NCBI GenBank assembly: GCA_051532035.1
Contig: JAOPTW010000086.1
Coordinates: 1 to 41,771, forward strand
DNA length: 41,771 nucleotides
Direction: 5' to 3'
From: Fibrobacterales bacterium
Lineage (GTDB): Bacteria > Fibrobacterota > Fibrobacteria > Fibrobacterales > JAOPTW01
This document shows, piece after piece, positions 10,017-18,523 of this stretch (position 1 is its first letter; every line of letters begins with the position of its first letter). The notes under the pieces are model-generated. The model saw only the letters and a program-made list of their open reading frames with translations. It had not been told where the DNA came from and did not search any database. The translations under genes and the position numbers were made by a program.

Positions 10017-10907
10017 TACGATTGAGTTGCCACCCTTGTGAGTAGCAAGTTCAAGGCGTTGATATGCGATTGTGAGTGTGTCTGGAAGTACTGATTCGTG
10101 GTTTTCTGATGAAAGTTCTAAAATCTCGGCAACCCCTGAACTACATGTTGCTTTCACTTCATCACTATTACATATAAAAACTTTAGATGCTACTTCATCA
10201 CTAATTCTTTGAATAACCTGTAATGCTTGCTCTTTAGGGCAATCATAAAAGCTTGCGACTAAGCGGTGTTCTTGATATCGTGCGAGAAGGTCGTAGGGGC
10301 GTAAATGTTTTTTACAGATATTTGCGAATTCTTTTAAAATTTGGTCACTATACATTTGAGAATAGCGTTGGCAGAGAGTGCTATAGTCATCAAGGGCAAG
10401 CATAGCAAAAGATATTTTTTTTGATTTTTCTTTTACAATATCAATTTGTTTTGTCGCGGCGATAGTGAAATGATCTCGTTTGAGGAGTTCAGTTAAGGGG
10501 TCTACAGTTGTATACTCTTTGAGCTCTGTCTCTACCTGATTCTTGGTTACCTGCCTTTGAATCTCTTGTAAGACAGAGGTTAAGTCGAGTGGGCGATAGA
10601 GCCTCGGAAATTTCCTGTTATCGTAGGGGACACTTTTTTGCTCAGGTTTAGGGTCATTACACACGAAGAGAATTGGTGTGTCTTGATATCGAATATCATT
10701 TTTAATTTCTTGAGCAAAGGTATAATTGTCTTTTGATTGGATGGGCGTGTCGATAAGCACAGCTGCCGGAGTATTATTGGTATCAAGTGTATGCCAAGTG
10801 TGGTCTCCAGATTCCGTAAAGAGTACAACGTATTGAGAATCGAGAACTGCTTGAAATGCATCTCTATCTTCACTCTTACAAAATACAACAATACTCTCTT
10901 TTAGCAT
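10011..10907 (-). CDS. REC-GGDEF protein with a degenerate active site (probable c-di-GMP receptor)
   Basis: N-terminal receiver-like fold (AAVLID, TPILF). DPLTELL...FAMLALDDY...LRPYDLLARYQEHRL...TCSSGVAE: the GGDEF motif is replaced by QEHRL while the RxxD I-site (RPYD) is retained. Confidence 0.8.
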   Translation of the reverse strand: MLKESIVVFCKSEDRDAFQAVLDSQYVVLFTESGDHTWHTLDTNNTPAAVLIDTPIQSKDNYTFAQEIKNDIRYQDTPILFVCNDPKPEQKSVPYDNRKFPRLYRPLDLTSVLQEIQRQVTKNQVETELKEYTTVDPLTELLKRDHFTIAATKQIDIVKEKSKKISFAMLALDDYSTLCQRYSQMYSDQILKEFANICKKHLRPYDLLARYQEHRLVASFYDCPKEQALQVIQRISDEVASKVFICNSDEVKATCSSGVAEILELSSENHESVLPDTLTIAYQRLELATHKGGNSIVS

Positions 10908-11020
10908 ATTCCTTCCCAGTTTTTAAGTATTGAAAAGATACAATTTCTTGAGGGATTATCCGATGAGTTTATTGTAAACAATACAAAATGAAAGAGGGGC
11001 AAGGAATCGTTAGGTGATAC

Positions 11021-11054
11021 AAAAAACGCTCTCTTACAGAGTAAGAGAGCGTTT
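11021..11054 (-). terminator. Intrinsic terminator of tRNA-Ser
   Basis: AAACGCTCTCTTAC-aga-GTAAGAGAGCGTTT perfect stem; on the minus strand the stem ends in a T tract; it lies immediately 3' of the tRNA. Confidence 0.85.
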
Positions 11055-11057
11055 AAG

Positions 11058-11138
11058 CGGAGAATGAGGGACTCGAACCCCCAAGCCTTGCGGCGGCGGT
11101 TTTCAAGACCGCTGACTTACCAATTAGCCTAATTCTCC
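11058..11138 (-). tRNA. tRNA-Ser (anticodon UGA)
   Basis: Minus strand GGAGAAT-TA-GGCTAATTGGTAAGTC-A-GCGGT-CTTGAAA-ACCGC-variable arm CGCCGCAAGGCTT-GGGGG-TTCGAGT-CCCTC-ATTCTCC-G. Discriminator G; CCA not encoded. Confidence 0.93.
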
Positions 11139-11151
11139 ATTGGTGAAGACA

Positions 11152-11180
11152 AATGTACTATTTCGTTTTTTAACTGTCAA
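11152..11180 (-). promoter_or_regulatory. Sigma70-type promoter of tRNA-Ser
   Basis: Minus strand TTGACA-17 nt-TACATT ending 13 nt upstream of the tRNA. Confidence 0.75.
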
Positions 11181-11314
11181 TATTTTTTGAGGTCATAAGT
11201 GTGAAAAAGATAAAAAGAGATTACAATTTCGTATTCAAAGATCAGGAATAGCTGATGTAGGTGTATCAATTACTATATTTCGTCCAAATTTGAACAATTG
11301 TAAGCGAGAATATA

Positions 11315-12544
11315 ATGACAAAAGTAAACTCAAATTACGGTAAACTACAAGCTGGGTATCTCTTTCCAGAAATAGGCCGACGTGTTTCCAACTATGTTTC
11401 AGCAAATCCAGATAAAAAAGTATTAAAACTTGGTATTGGTGATGTGGTGCTTCCACTTCCTGAAGCTGTACGTAAAGCAATGCATAGCGCAGTTGATGAA
11501 ATGGGCACCTTAGAAGGTTTTAGAGGCTATGGTCCAGAGCAGGGCTATGACTTCTTAAGAGAGGCTATTGCAGGTGATTATGCTGAAAAAGGGTGTGATA
11601 TTGCTGCTGATGAGATTTTTGTCTCTGATGGTTCAAAATGTGATTCAGGTAATATTCAAGAGATATTTGATGCCAATAGCAAAATAGCCTTGACTGACCC
11701 AGTGTATCCAGTTTACCTCGATACTAATGTTATGGCAGGAAGAACAGGTGAAGCAAAAGAAAATGGTCAATTTGTAGGTATGACTTATCTCCCTACAACT
11801 GCAGAAAATAATTTTTTCCCTGCACTTCCTGACGTGGATGTTGATCTCATTTATCTCTGTTCACCTAATAACCCAACAGGTACAGTAATGAGCAAAGAGC
11901 AGCTTACTGAGTGGGTAAATTATGCAAAAGAGAAAGGGTCAATAATATTATACGATGGAGCATATGAGGCATTCATCGGTGATGATACGTTACCACGGTC
12001 AATTTTTGAAATTCCTGGTGCAAAAGATGTAGCTATTGAGTTTAGGAGTTTTTCTAAAAACGCTGGTTTTACTGGTGTGCGTTGCGGTTATACTGTAGTT
12101 CCTAAAGGCCTTATGGGTAAAAATAGCGATGGTGAAGATGTATCGATTCATGCGCTCTGGAATAGACGCCATTGTACAAAATTTAATGGTGTTTCATATC
12201 CGGTACAACGTGGTGCTGAAGCAGTATTTTCACCTGAAGGTAAAGCACAAATTGCTGAACTCATTGAGTACTACATGAACAACGCTAAAATTATTGGTGA
12301 TGGTCTTAAGAAAATTGGTATTGAAGTGTACGGTGGTACTAATGCTCCATATATTTGGCTTAAAACTCCAGAAGGAATGAGTTCATGGGACTTCTTTGAT
12401 AAACTTCTCAACGAGTGTCAAATTGTTGGTACTCCTGGTGCTGGCTTTGGTGCTGCAGGTGAGGGCTACTTTCGCCTCTCTTCATTCTGTATAAAAGAGA
12501 ATGTTGAAGAAGCTGTTGCACGTATCACGGCATTTTTAAAGTAG
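11315..12544 (+). CDS. dapL: LL-diaminopimelate aminotransferase
   Basis: [54 protein letters not shown] (PLP lysine) and GTPGAGFG motifs. Confidence 0.95.
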   Translation: MTKVNSNYGKLQAGYLFPEIGRRVSNYVSANPDKKVLKLGIGDVVLPLPEAVRKAMHSAVDEMGTLEGFRGYGPEQGYDFLREAIAGDYAEKGCDIAADEIFVSDGSKCDSGNIQEIFDANSKIALTDPVYPVYLDTNVMAGRTGEAKENGQFVGMTYLPTTAENNFFPALPDVDVDLIYLCSPNNPTGTVMSKEQLTEWVNYAKEKGSIILYDGAYEAFIGDDTLPRSIFEIPGAKDVAIEFRSFSKNAGFTGVRCGYTVVPKGLMGKNSDGEDVSIHALWNRRHCTKFNGVSYPVQRGAEAVFSPEGKAQIAELIEYYMNNAKIIGDGLKKIGIEVYGGTNAPYIWLKTPEGMSSWDFFDKLLNECQIVGTPGAGFGAAGEGYFRLSSFCIKENVEEAVARITAFLK

Positions 12545-12589
12545 GTCTAAAAAATATATATTCTCAATAAGTTAAAAAATTGAGTTTGT

Positions 12590-12612
12590 AAGGGCCTCCT
12601 CGAGGCCCTTTT
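12590..12612 (+). terminator. Intrinsic terminator after dapL
   Basis: AAGGGCCTC-ctc-GAGGCCCTT-TT. Confidence 0.75.
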
Positions 12613-12697
12613 CTATTGGTATGGATTTTGAAATCCTTTGCCTTCATATGATTCTCTATGGTATAATTGAATTGATGGTTTTTGGCGCGAGATTACC

Positions 12698-13840
12698 GTG
12701 TCCGAGTTTAAAAAAGATTTGACGAGTGGTGAACTAGTTGATCTTCTTTTTAAATACACTGCAAAGATTGCCGAAGAGCGAAGTCTCGATAATCTTTTAA
12801 TTTTAATGAACGACCTTGGTAAAAAACTAGTTGTGTGTGATCGCTGCACCTTGTGGCTTATTGATAAAAGTAAACAAGAGGTGTGGACTAAAGTTGCCCA
12901 TGGAGTAGATGAAATTAGAATGCCTATTGGCAAAGGGGTTGTTGGTGAATGCATCAGAACAAGGCAATCAATAATAATTGATAACGCATATATTCATCCA
13001 ACCTTTAATAAAACAATTGATGAGGAGACGGGGTATCAAACACGTTCAATAATTGCTGAGCCAATCTATGATGGAGATGGTTCTGTTATGGGGGTGTATC
13101 AGGCGATTAATAAGCTTACAAAAGAAGGACGTTTTACACAGGCTGATCTAGAACATATGAACCTAAGTGGAACCTATCACGGTAAAGCATTAGAGTCTGC
13201 AATGCTTATTAAAGAGATAGAGAGTACCCAGAGTGATCTTGTTTTTATATTAGGTGAAGCAGGGGAGAGTCGTTCGAAAGAGACTGGTAACCATGTGAAG
13301 CGGGTGGCTGGGTATTGTGAAATTCTTGCGCGGGCTTATGGGTTGCCCGAAGAAGAAGTCGAGTTGATTAGAATTGCGTCACCTCTTCATGATCTTGGTA
13401 AAATTGCCATTCCGGATTCAATTTTAAAAAAACCAGGTAAGTTAACGTTTGAAGAGTTTGAAGTTATGAAAACCCATGCGCAAATTGGAGAAGATATTTT
13501 AACGGGATCAGAAAGACCTTTAATTAATGCTGCTCGAATTATTGCAGGAGAGCATCATGAGAAGTGGAATGGTAAAGGTTACCCGCGGGGGACGGTAGGT
13601 GAAGATATTCATCTCTATGGTAGAATTGGAGCAATAGCAGATGTCTTTGATGCACTGGTGAGTGATCGGTGCTACAAAAAAGCATGGCCACTCGAAAAGG
13701 TGTTGATTCTTTTCCGAGAAGAACGAGGCGAGCACTTTGATCCCAATCTTGTGGACCTTTTTTTTGAAAAATTACCAGAATTTATGAGTATAAAAGAGAA
13801 GTATGTTGATGAGTTTGAAGAGTCACAGACTATCTATTGA
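12698..13840 (+). CDS. GAF + HD-GYP c-di-GMP phosphodiesterase
   Basis: GAF domain (DRCTLWLID...GKGVVG...FNKTIDEETGYQTRSII). HD-GYP motifs ETGNH, LHDLGK, HHEKWNGKGYP, IADVFDAL and HFDP are all intact. GTG start. Confidence 0.9.
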   Translation: MSEFKKDLTSGELVDLLFKYTAKIAEERSLDNLLILMNDLGKKLVVCDRCTLWLIDKSKQEVWTKVAHGVDEIRMPIGKGVVGECIRTRQSIIIDNAYIHPTFNKTIDEETGYQTRSIIAEPIYDGDGSVMGVYQAINKLTKEGRFTQADLEHMNLSGTYHGKALESAMLIKEIESTQSDLVFILGEAGESRSKETGNHVKRVAGYCEILARAYGLPEEEVELIRIASPLHDLGKIAIPDSILKKPGKLTFEEFEVMKTHAQIGEDILTGSERPLINAARIIAGEHHEKWNGKGYPRGTVGEDIHLYGRIGAIADVFDALVSDRCYKKAWPLEKVLILFREERGEHFDPNLVDLFFEKLPEFMSIKEKYVDEFEESQTIY

Positions 13841-13864
13841 GTAAAGATATACCAGAAAAGTAAA

Positions 13865-13909
13865 ATATAAAAAAGGCGTTTTCCAAAATGGAAAACGCCT
13901 TTTTTATAT
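13865..13909. terminator. Bidirectional intrinsic terminator between the HD-GYP gene and yqeY
   Basis: 21 bp perfect inverted repeat ATATAAAAAAGGCGTTTTCCA-aaa-TGGAAAACGCCTTTTTTATAT between convergent genes. Confidence 0.9.
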
Positions 13910-13922
13910 AAAGAAATTGAAG

Positions 13923-14369
13923 CTAATTTAAGATGGATTGAATGATACTACTTACTGCTTTATTATCAGCTCGGCCTTTGACCTTGGGCTGTACAGCTTT
14001 CATCACTTTACCAAAATCTTTTTTGTCTTCGGCACCTACTTCTTCAATTGTCTCACCGACAATGGCCATAAGCTCTGCTTGGGAGAGTGCTTCTGGAAGG
14101 TAGGTTTTTAAAATGGTAACTGAAGATTCTTCTTTTTCAACAAGATCTGCACGCTCACCTTTTTTAAACATCTCTATACCATCATTTTTCTGTTTGATGG
14201 TTTTTTGAATAGCATCAATAACAACATCATCACAGATGTCGATATTATCATTAATGCTAATATTCTTAATGTCGGAATGTAACGTTCTGAGAAGAGCGAG
14301 TTTATCCTTATTGCGATCTTTCATAGATTGCTTGACATCAGCTAAAACTCGATTTAACAAAGCAGACAT
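13923..14369 (-). CDS. yqeY: GatB/YqeY domain protein
   Basis: DVKQSMK...LR...IK, GERADLVEKE...ILKTYLP, KDFGKVM...KGRAD; typical position downstream of rpsU. Confidence 0.9.
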   Translation of the reverse strand: MSALLNRVLADVKQSMKDRNKDKLALLRTLHSDIKNISINDNIDICDDVVIDAIQKTIKQKNDGIEMFKKGERADLVEKEESSVTILKTYLPEALSQAELMAIVGETIEEVGAEDKKDFGKVMKAVQPKVKGRADNKAVSSIIQSILN

Positions 14370-14398
14370 TTCAGTTCCTTCAATGAGAGTGATTGGTC

Positions 14399-14608
14399 TT
14401 AGTAGAGACGTGTTTTTTGTGCGTCTGCACGTTCTTTCAATCTTTTTCTTTTAAGAGCAGTTTTAAGTTTCTTTCTAGTTTCTGTTGGTTTCTCGTATCT
14501 TTTACGGTTTTTTACATCAGAAATAACGCCATTTTTTTCACAGGTTTTTGTGAAGCGTTTAAGAGCTTTCTCAAAGGGCTCATTACTTTTTACGGATACG
14601 CCTATCAA
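14399..14608 (-). CDS. rpsU: 30S ribosomal protein S21
   Basis: EPFEKALKRF...YEKP motif, basic 69 aa protein; TTG start with GAGGT RBS. Confidence 0.95.
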   Translation of the reverse strand: MIGVSVKSNEPFEKALKRFTKTCEKNGVISDVKNRKRYEKPTETRKKLKTALKRKRLKERADAQKTRLY

Positions 14609-14650
14609 TTAAATTACCTCATTTGGGTTGTTTTTATAAAATTCTTGACG

Positions 14651-14679
14651 AATGTAGGTTAATAAGGGACGATTGTCAT
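14651..14679 (-). promoter_or_regulatory. Putative promoter of rpsU-yqeY
   Basis: Minus strand ATGACA-17 nt-TACATT; same -10 hexamer as the tRNA-Ser promoter. Confidence 0.6.
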
Positions 14680-14780
14680 TTAATTACTGACGCATGTAAA
14701 AATTAATTATCTTTAAAAATTATGGGTTTATTTTGAAAAAAAGCGTAAAATATACCAATAGAGCGCTATCAGGAGATATA

Positions 14781-15557
14781 ATGAAAAATACAGGCATAAT
14801 TTTAGCTTCGATTCTTGTCGTACTTTGCTTTTTAGCATGTGGTGACAACGAAGAGAAAAAAGTTGATATTATAACTGAAACCCTTGGACAGCCTGTGAAT
14901 GATTCAGAGAATGGCCCAGCGACTGATATTCCTGAAGAAGAATTTGAGGATATCGAAGAAGCAGTTATTCCAGAAGAACCAACAGCCCTTGCGGATGATG
15001 AATATATACCGAAGCTATATGAATCTGGGTCATATGTCCTACAAGTTGGTGTGAGTCCTTCTGAAGTAATTGCAAAGAAATTAGCGACAAAAATTGAATC
15101 CAAAGGATATACGCCATATATTTCGATGGTAGAAAATCCCGGTGATCTTGTTGGTACATTTTACCGTGTTCGTATTGGGTATTTTAAATCTCTAACCCAA
15201 GCACGTCTTTTTGGACACAATGTACTTATGCCTATGAATATCGCCTTTTGGATTGATAATCGAAAAAATGATGCAGTGGGTAATCCAGCAAAAACTGAAG
15301 AAGAAGTTGGTGAAGAAGAGATGGGCGATGAATTAGTTGAAGAGGTAATAGATATTCCTGTTGAATCAGAAAATGTAGAACAACCCCCTAAGAGTGAAGA
15401 TGTATCGCCAGCAGCTGCTAATGAAGTACCTGCAACTGAAGATTCAGCTCCAAAAAAAGAAAAAGCTCAAGGTTCAAATACTAAAAAAACACCAGGAAAA
15501 GGTGATGATTGGGCGAGTGATTCAGATGATTGGGCAAATGATGATTGGGGCAAGTAG
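14781..15557 (+). CDS. SPOR-domain lipoprotein with acidic tail
   Basis: AGGAG RBS before ATG 14781; lipobox FLA-C; SPOR motif YVLQVG...A.KLA.KI...GY......FYRVRIGYFKS..QA; acidic low-complexity C-terminus. Confidence 0.8.
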   Translation: MKNTGIILASILVVLCFLACGDNEEKKVDIITETLGQPVNDSENGPATDIPEEEFEDIEEAVIPEEPTALADDEYIPKLYESGSYVLQVGVSPSEVIAKKLATKIESKGYTPYISMVENPGDLVGTFYRVRIGYFKSLTQARLFGHNVLMPMNIAFWIDNRKNDAVGNPAKTEEEVGEEEMGDELVEEVIDIPVESENVEQPPKSEDVSPAAANEVPATEDSAPKKEKAQGSNTKKTPGKGDDWASDSDDWANDDWGK

Positions 15558-15596
15558 AAAATAAGCTTTAATTTACTATCTTTTACATATAAGTAT

Positions 15597-15624
15597 GGTC
15601 AGGCATAATGCCTGACCTTTTTTT
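15597..15624 (+). terminator. Intrinsic terminator after the SPOR gene
   Basis: GGTCAGGCA-taa-TGCCTGACC-TTTTTTT. Confidence 0.8.
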
Positions 15625-15643
15625 GTATCATATGCGAGGTATA

Positions 15644-16960
15644 ATGTCTGATCAAATTGAGAAGAAAGTAGGTATTATAAATTTAGGCTGTTCAAAAAAC
15701 CTAGTTGATGGAGAGTCCATTGTATCAGAGTTTAGTGAACAGGGTTATGAGCTTTCTGAGTCTATTGAAGAGTGTGAAGTTATCCTTGTAAATACTTGTG
15801 GTTTTATAGAGAGTGCAAAAGAAGAGTCAATCAATGAGATTCTTGGAGTGTGCCAGCAAAAACAGGATGGGCAAAAGATTGTTGTCACTGGTTGCTTATC
15901 ACAGCGCTATAAAGATGAGCTTCGGAAGGAAATTCCCGAAGTTGATCTCTTTGTAGGAAATTATGTCCCAGGTGAACTGATACAAAAACTTGATATTTCA
16001 AAAGAGGAACTCTGCTCAACAGGGAGCTTTGCAAAGAGAATTCTTTTAGGGGCAGAGCAGCACCATGCTTATTTAAAAATTAGTCGTGGTTGTAATCGAA
16101 CGTGTGGTTTTTGTGCAATCCCACTCATTAAAGGCAAGCAGGATTCTCGAACGATCGAAAGTGTCGTCCGTGAGGCGCAATGGCTTCAAGAGCAAGGGAT
16201 CCAAGAGGTTTCTTTGGTGGCGCAAGACCTCACTTATTTTGGTCGAGAAAAGCGTAAAGGTGAGACACTTGAAAAGCTTCTTAAAACACTTATGAAAGAG
16301 ACCGATATCCCTTGGTTTAGACTGATGTATATGTATCCGGGCTTTGTAGATGATGGACTCCTAGAGACCATTGCAGTGCATGATCGAATTTGTAACTATA
16401 TCGATATGCCACTCCAACACGGCTCAGATAAAATGCTAAAAAATATGAGAAGAGGACACACTAAAGAGCAGCTTCTCACTATTCTCAGAAAATTTCGAAA
16501 TGCAATTCCTGATCTCGCGATTAGAACCACCTTTTTACTGGGATACCCTGGTGAAACTGAAGATGACTTCCAACAGCTCATGGAGATGGTTGATGAGTTT
16601 AAGTTTGATCGTCTCGGCTGTTTCACCTTCTCGACAGAAGAGGGGACACCAATAATGGATATGGATCTCCCTGCAGTGCCACTGGATGTTGCTGAAGAAC
16701 GAGTAGAAGAGCTCATGACCATGCAACAAAACATCTCCTTAGAACGTAATCAAAACCTTATTGGTACCACTCAAAAGGTGATCATTGATAGCGTGCCTGA
16801 AGGAAGTGACTATCATTTTGTCGCCCGTACTCAATGGGATGCTCCTGAAGTAGATAATTTTGTCAATATCGTTGAAGGATCTGCTGATTTAGGAAGTTTT
16901 AGAAATGTTCAGATAATTGATGGGTCAGAGTATGACCTAGAGGCTCGATTTGTTGATTAG
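15644..16960 (+). CDS. rimO: Ribosomal protein S12 methylthiotransferase
   Basis: LGCSKNLVD, NTCGFIESAKEES, radical SAM GCNRTCGFC and DAPEVD TRAM domain. Start placed at ATG 15644 (GAGGT RBS). Confidence 0.95.
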   Translation: MSDQIEKKVGIINLGCSKNLVDGESIVSEFSEQGYELSESIEECEVILVNTCGFIESAKEESINEILGVCQQKQDGQKIVVTGCLSQRYKDELRKEIPEVDLFVGNYVPGELIQKLDISKEELCSTGSFAKRILLGAEQHHAYLKISRGCNRTCGFCAIPLIKGKQDSRTIESVVREAQWLQEQGIQEVSLVAQDLTYFGREKRKGETLEKLLKTLMKETDIPWFRLMYMYPGFVDDGLLETIAVHDRICNYIDMPLQHGSDKMLKNMRRGHTKEQLLTILRKFRNAIPDLAIRTTFLLGYPGETEDDFQQLMEMVDEFKFDRLGCFTFSTEEGTPIMDMDLPAVPLDVAEERVEELMTMQQNISLERNQNLIGTTQKVIIDSVPEGSDYHFVARTQWDAPEVDNFVNIVEGSADLGSFRNVQIIDGSEYDLEARFVD

Positions 16961-17160
16961 GTTTTAAGCATGAATCTACGGCGTTATTTTTATTTCGACG
17001 TACTCATATGTACGCCTTTAACAAAAATGCCTTGTATCTTCACGCTTAAAATCCAATCAATGGTTTGAATGGGACTTTTGGTTTTTTATGTTAGACATAC
17101 ACAAGTACGTCAAACATAAAAATGCCTTGTAACTCCATGCTTTTAATATAATCAATGGTT
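16955..17160. repeat. REP/MITE-like imperfect palindromic element with a degenerate tandem second copy (95 bp period)
   Basis: 16955-17058 folds back on itself (GATTAGGTTTTAAGCATGAA... pairs with ...TTCACGCTTAAAATCCAATC; inner GACGTAC/GTACGCC). AAAAATGCCTTGTA occurs at 17023 and 17118, and AATCAATGGTT at 17055 and 17150. Confidence 0.7.
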
Positions 17161-17189
17161 AGTAAGGGGGACCAGGCTATCAAAATACT

Positions 17190-17846
17190 TTATTTCCGTT
17201 TGCCTGTGATTTTGTCTTCGAGCTTAAAAAGACTGCCGTAGAGTTGAATGAGGTCGTCGATCCAAATGGCATCACGTTCAGATATAAGTTTGCACACCTC
17301 AGAAACATTGTTCGCATTGTTATAGGGGCCCACTTGATTGTCAATTTTGGCAAAGGGACGCATAAAAACAGATGCTGAAAACTGGGCTCTTAATGATCGA
17401 TGGAGTCGGTCAAAAAGGCGTTTTTTAACCGTTTGAATATCTTGTTGAATGGTGCTCGGTGGAACCTCTTCACTAAGCTTTTTCTGAATATCAGCAAGCT
17501 CACTGGCAATAGATTCTTTATCTGGCTTTGGAATGTAGAGTTGTTTATTTATAAAAAATCGTTTAAGGTTTTTAAACTCTCGTTCCAAGAGGTCAGGACC
17601 AAAGGTGTTGGCGAATGGTGTGAACTGATGCGTTTTGGATTTTACTTGAAGGTGGGCCCCTTGGCGATCAGCCCAAATGTCGAGACGTTCTAGCAAGCGC
17701 AAGGCAACAGATTCGTTACCCACTAAGAGAAATGTTTCAGCTTGAGTTACAACAGAATCGGCATAGGCATATTTGTGTGTTCCACTTACGGTGTCACTTT
17801 TCAGTTGGGTAATTCTTTTTTTCCACTCATCAATACGCGTTTGCAT
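17190..17846 (-). CDS. DUF2894-like protein, putative Zorya type III ZorG
   Basis: C-terminal NQVGPYNNANNVSEVCKLISERDAIWIDDLIQLYGSLFKLE resembles the DUF2894 signature as I recall it (NAGPLNS..LV...L..MR..SP.YL..F..Y.D.L.WLE); last gene after the OmpA/MotB gene. Confidence 0.6.
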   Translation of the reverse strand: MQTRIDEWKKRITQLKSDTVSGTHKYAYADSVVTQAETFLLVGNESVALRLLERLDIWADRQGAHLQVKSKTHQFTPFANTFGPDLLEREFKNLKRFFINKQLYIPKPDKESIASELADIQKKLSEEVPPSTIQQDIQTVKKRLFDRLHRSLRAQFSASVFMRPFAKIDNQVGPYNNANNVSEVCKLISERDAIWIDDLIQLYGSLFKLEDKITGKRK

Positions 17847-17851
17847 TGCTC

Positions 17852-18523
17852 TTATCCGTCAGTTTTTGAATCAATAGTAGGGACTCGGATGATTTCAACT
17901 CGTCTATTTTTCATACGATTTTTTTCGTGGCTATTTTCAACTTTTGGGCGAAACTCACCAAACCCTGCTGCAAAAATCCGTGAAGGTACTAGCGTATTAC
18001 TTTTATTCATTAAAATATTTACCACATTGGTCGCTCTCTTGGTAGAAAGTTCCCAGTTGGATTTAAAAAATTTAGAGTTAATGGGAATATCGTCAGTATG
18101 TCCTGCTACCATAAGCATCTCATTTTTCCCAAGACTACTTCCTAATACGTCACTGATTTTTCGAAGGACATCTTTACCTTTCTTTTTAACAATCGAACTA
18201 CCTGTCGAGAAAAGAAACTCTGCTTGTATTTCAATTTTACCATCAGTAAGGGTGACCGAACCATCTCTTAGAGAATTCCCGAGTGCTTGTGCTAAAAGTG
18301 CATCACGTTCATGCTCTGCCTTTTCTTTTGCTGCTTTTTCTTTCTGAAACTCCTCTTCTTTACGAGTAAATGCATCAATTTGCTTCGTAAGCTCTGCTTC
18401 TTTATCAGATTTTAAGGAAGACATAAAAATAAATGCGATAAGAAAGAGGACAAAGAGGGCCATGGTCAAGTCAGTAAACATGATCCAGGGAGTCTCTTCG
18501 TGTTTATCTAAATGAATTGCCAT
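17852..18523 (-). CDS. zorB: MotB/OmpA-like membrane protein, ZorB
   Basis: PWIMFTDLTMAL TM helix with the conserved Asp; OmpA-C motifs MVAGHTDD, NWELSTKRA, AAGFGEFRP and NRRVEI; starts directly after the MotA-like gene stop. Confidence 0.75.
   Translation of the reverse strand: MAIHLDKHEETPWIMFTDLTMALFVLFLIAFIFMSSLKSDKEAELTKQIDAFTRKEEEFQKEKAAKEKAEHERDALLAQALGNSLRDGSVTLTDGKIEIQAEFLFSTGSSIVKKKGKDVLRKISDVLGSSLGKNEMLMVAGHTDDIPINSKFFKSNWELSTKRATNVVNILMNKSNTLVPSRIFAAGFGEFRPKVENSHEKNRMKNRRVEIIRVPTIDSKTDG

Noticed and set aside
11058..11138. Plus-strand reading GCGGT-TTTCAAG-ACCGC looks like a UCA-anticodon (Sec/opal suppressor) arm
   Set aside because: The D-loop GG, T-loop TTCGA, promoter and terminator all fit only the minus strand, which gives an ordinary tRNA-Ser(UGA).
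16955..17160. CRISPR array or integron attC sites
   Set aside because: Only two degenerate ~95 bp units, with no identical repeats separated by unique spacers, no cas or intI gene and no cassette ORFs between the units.
17742..18347. 201 aa plus-strand ORF and other antisense/nested ORFs in the track (e.g. 14720..15103, 16396..16734, 24189..24497, 27082..27444, 29019..29408, 32018..32401)
   Set aside because: They lie opposite or inside well-supported genes and show no recognisable motifs; treated as shadow ORFs.
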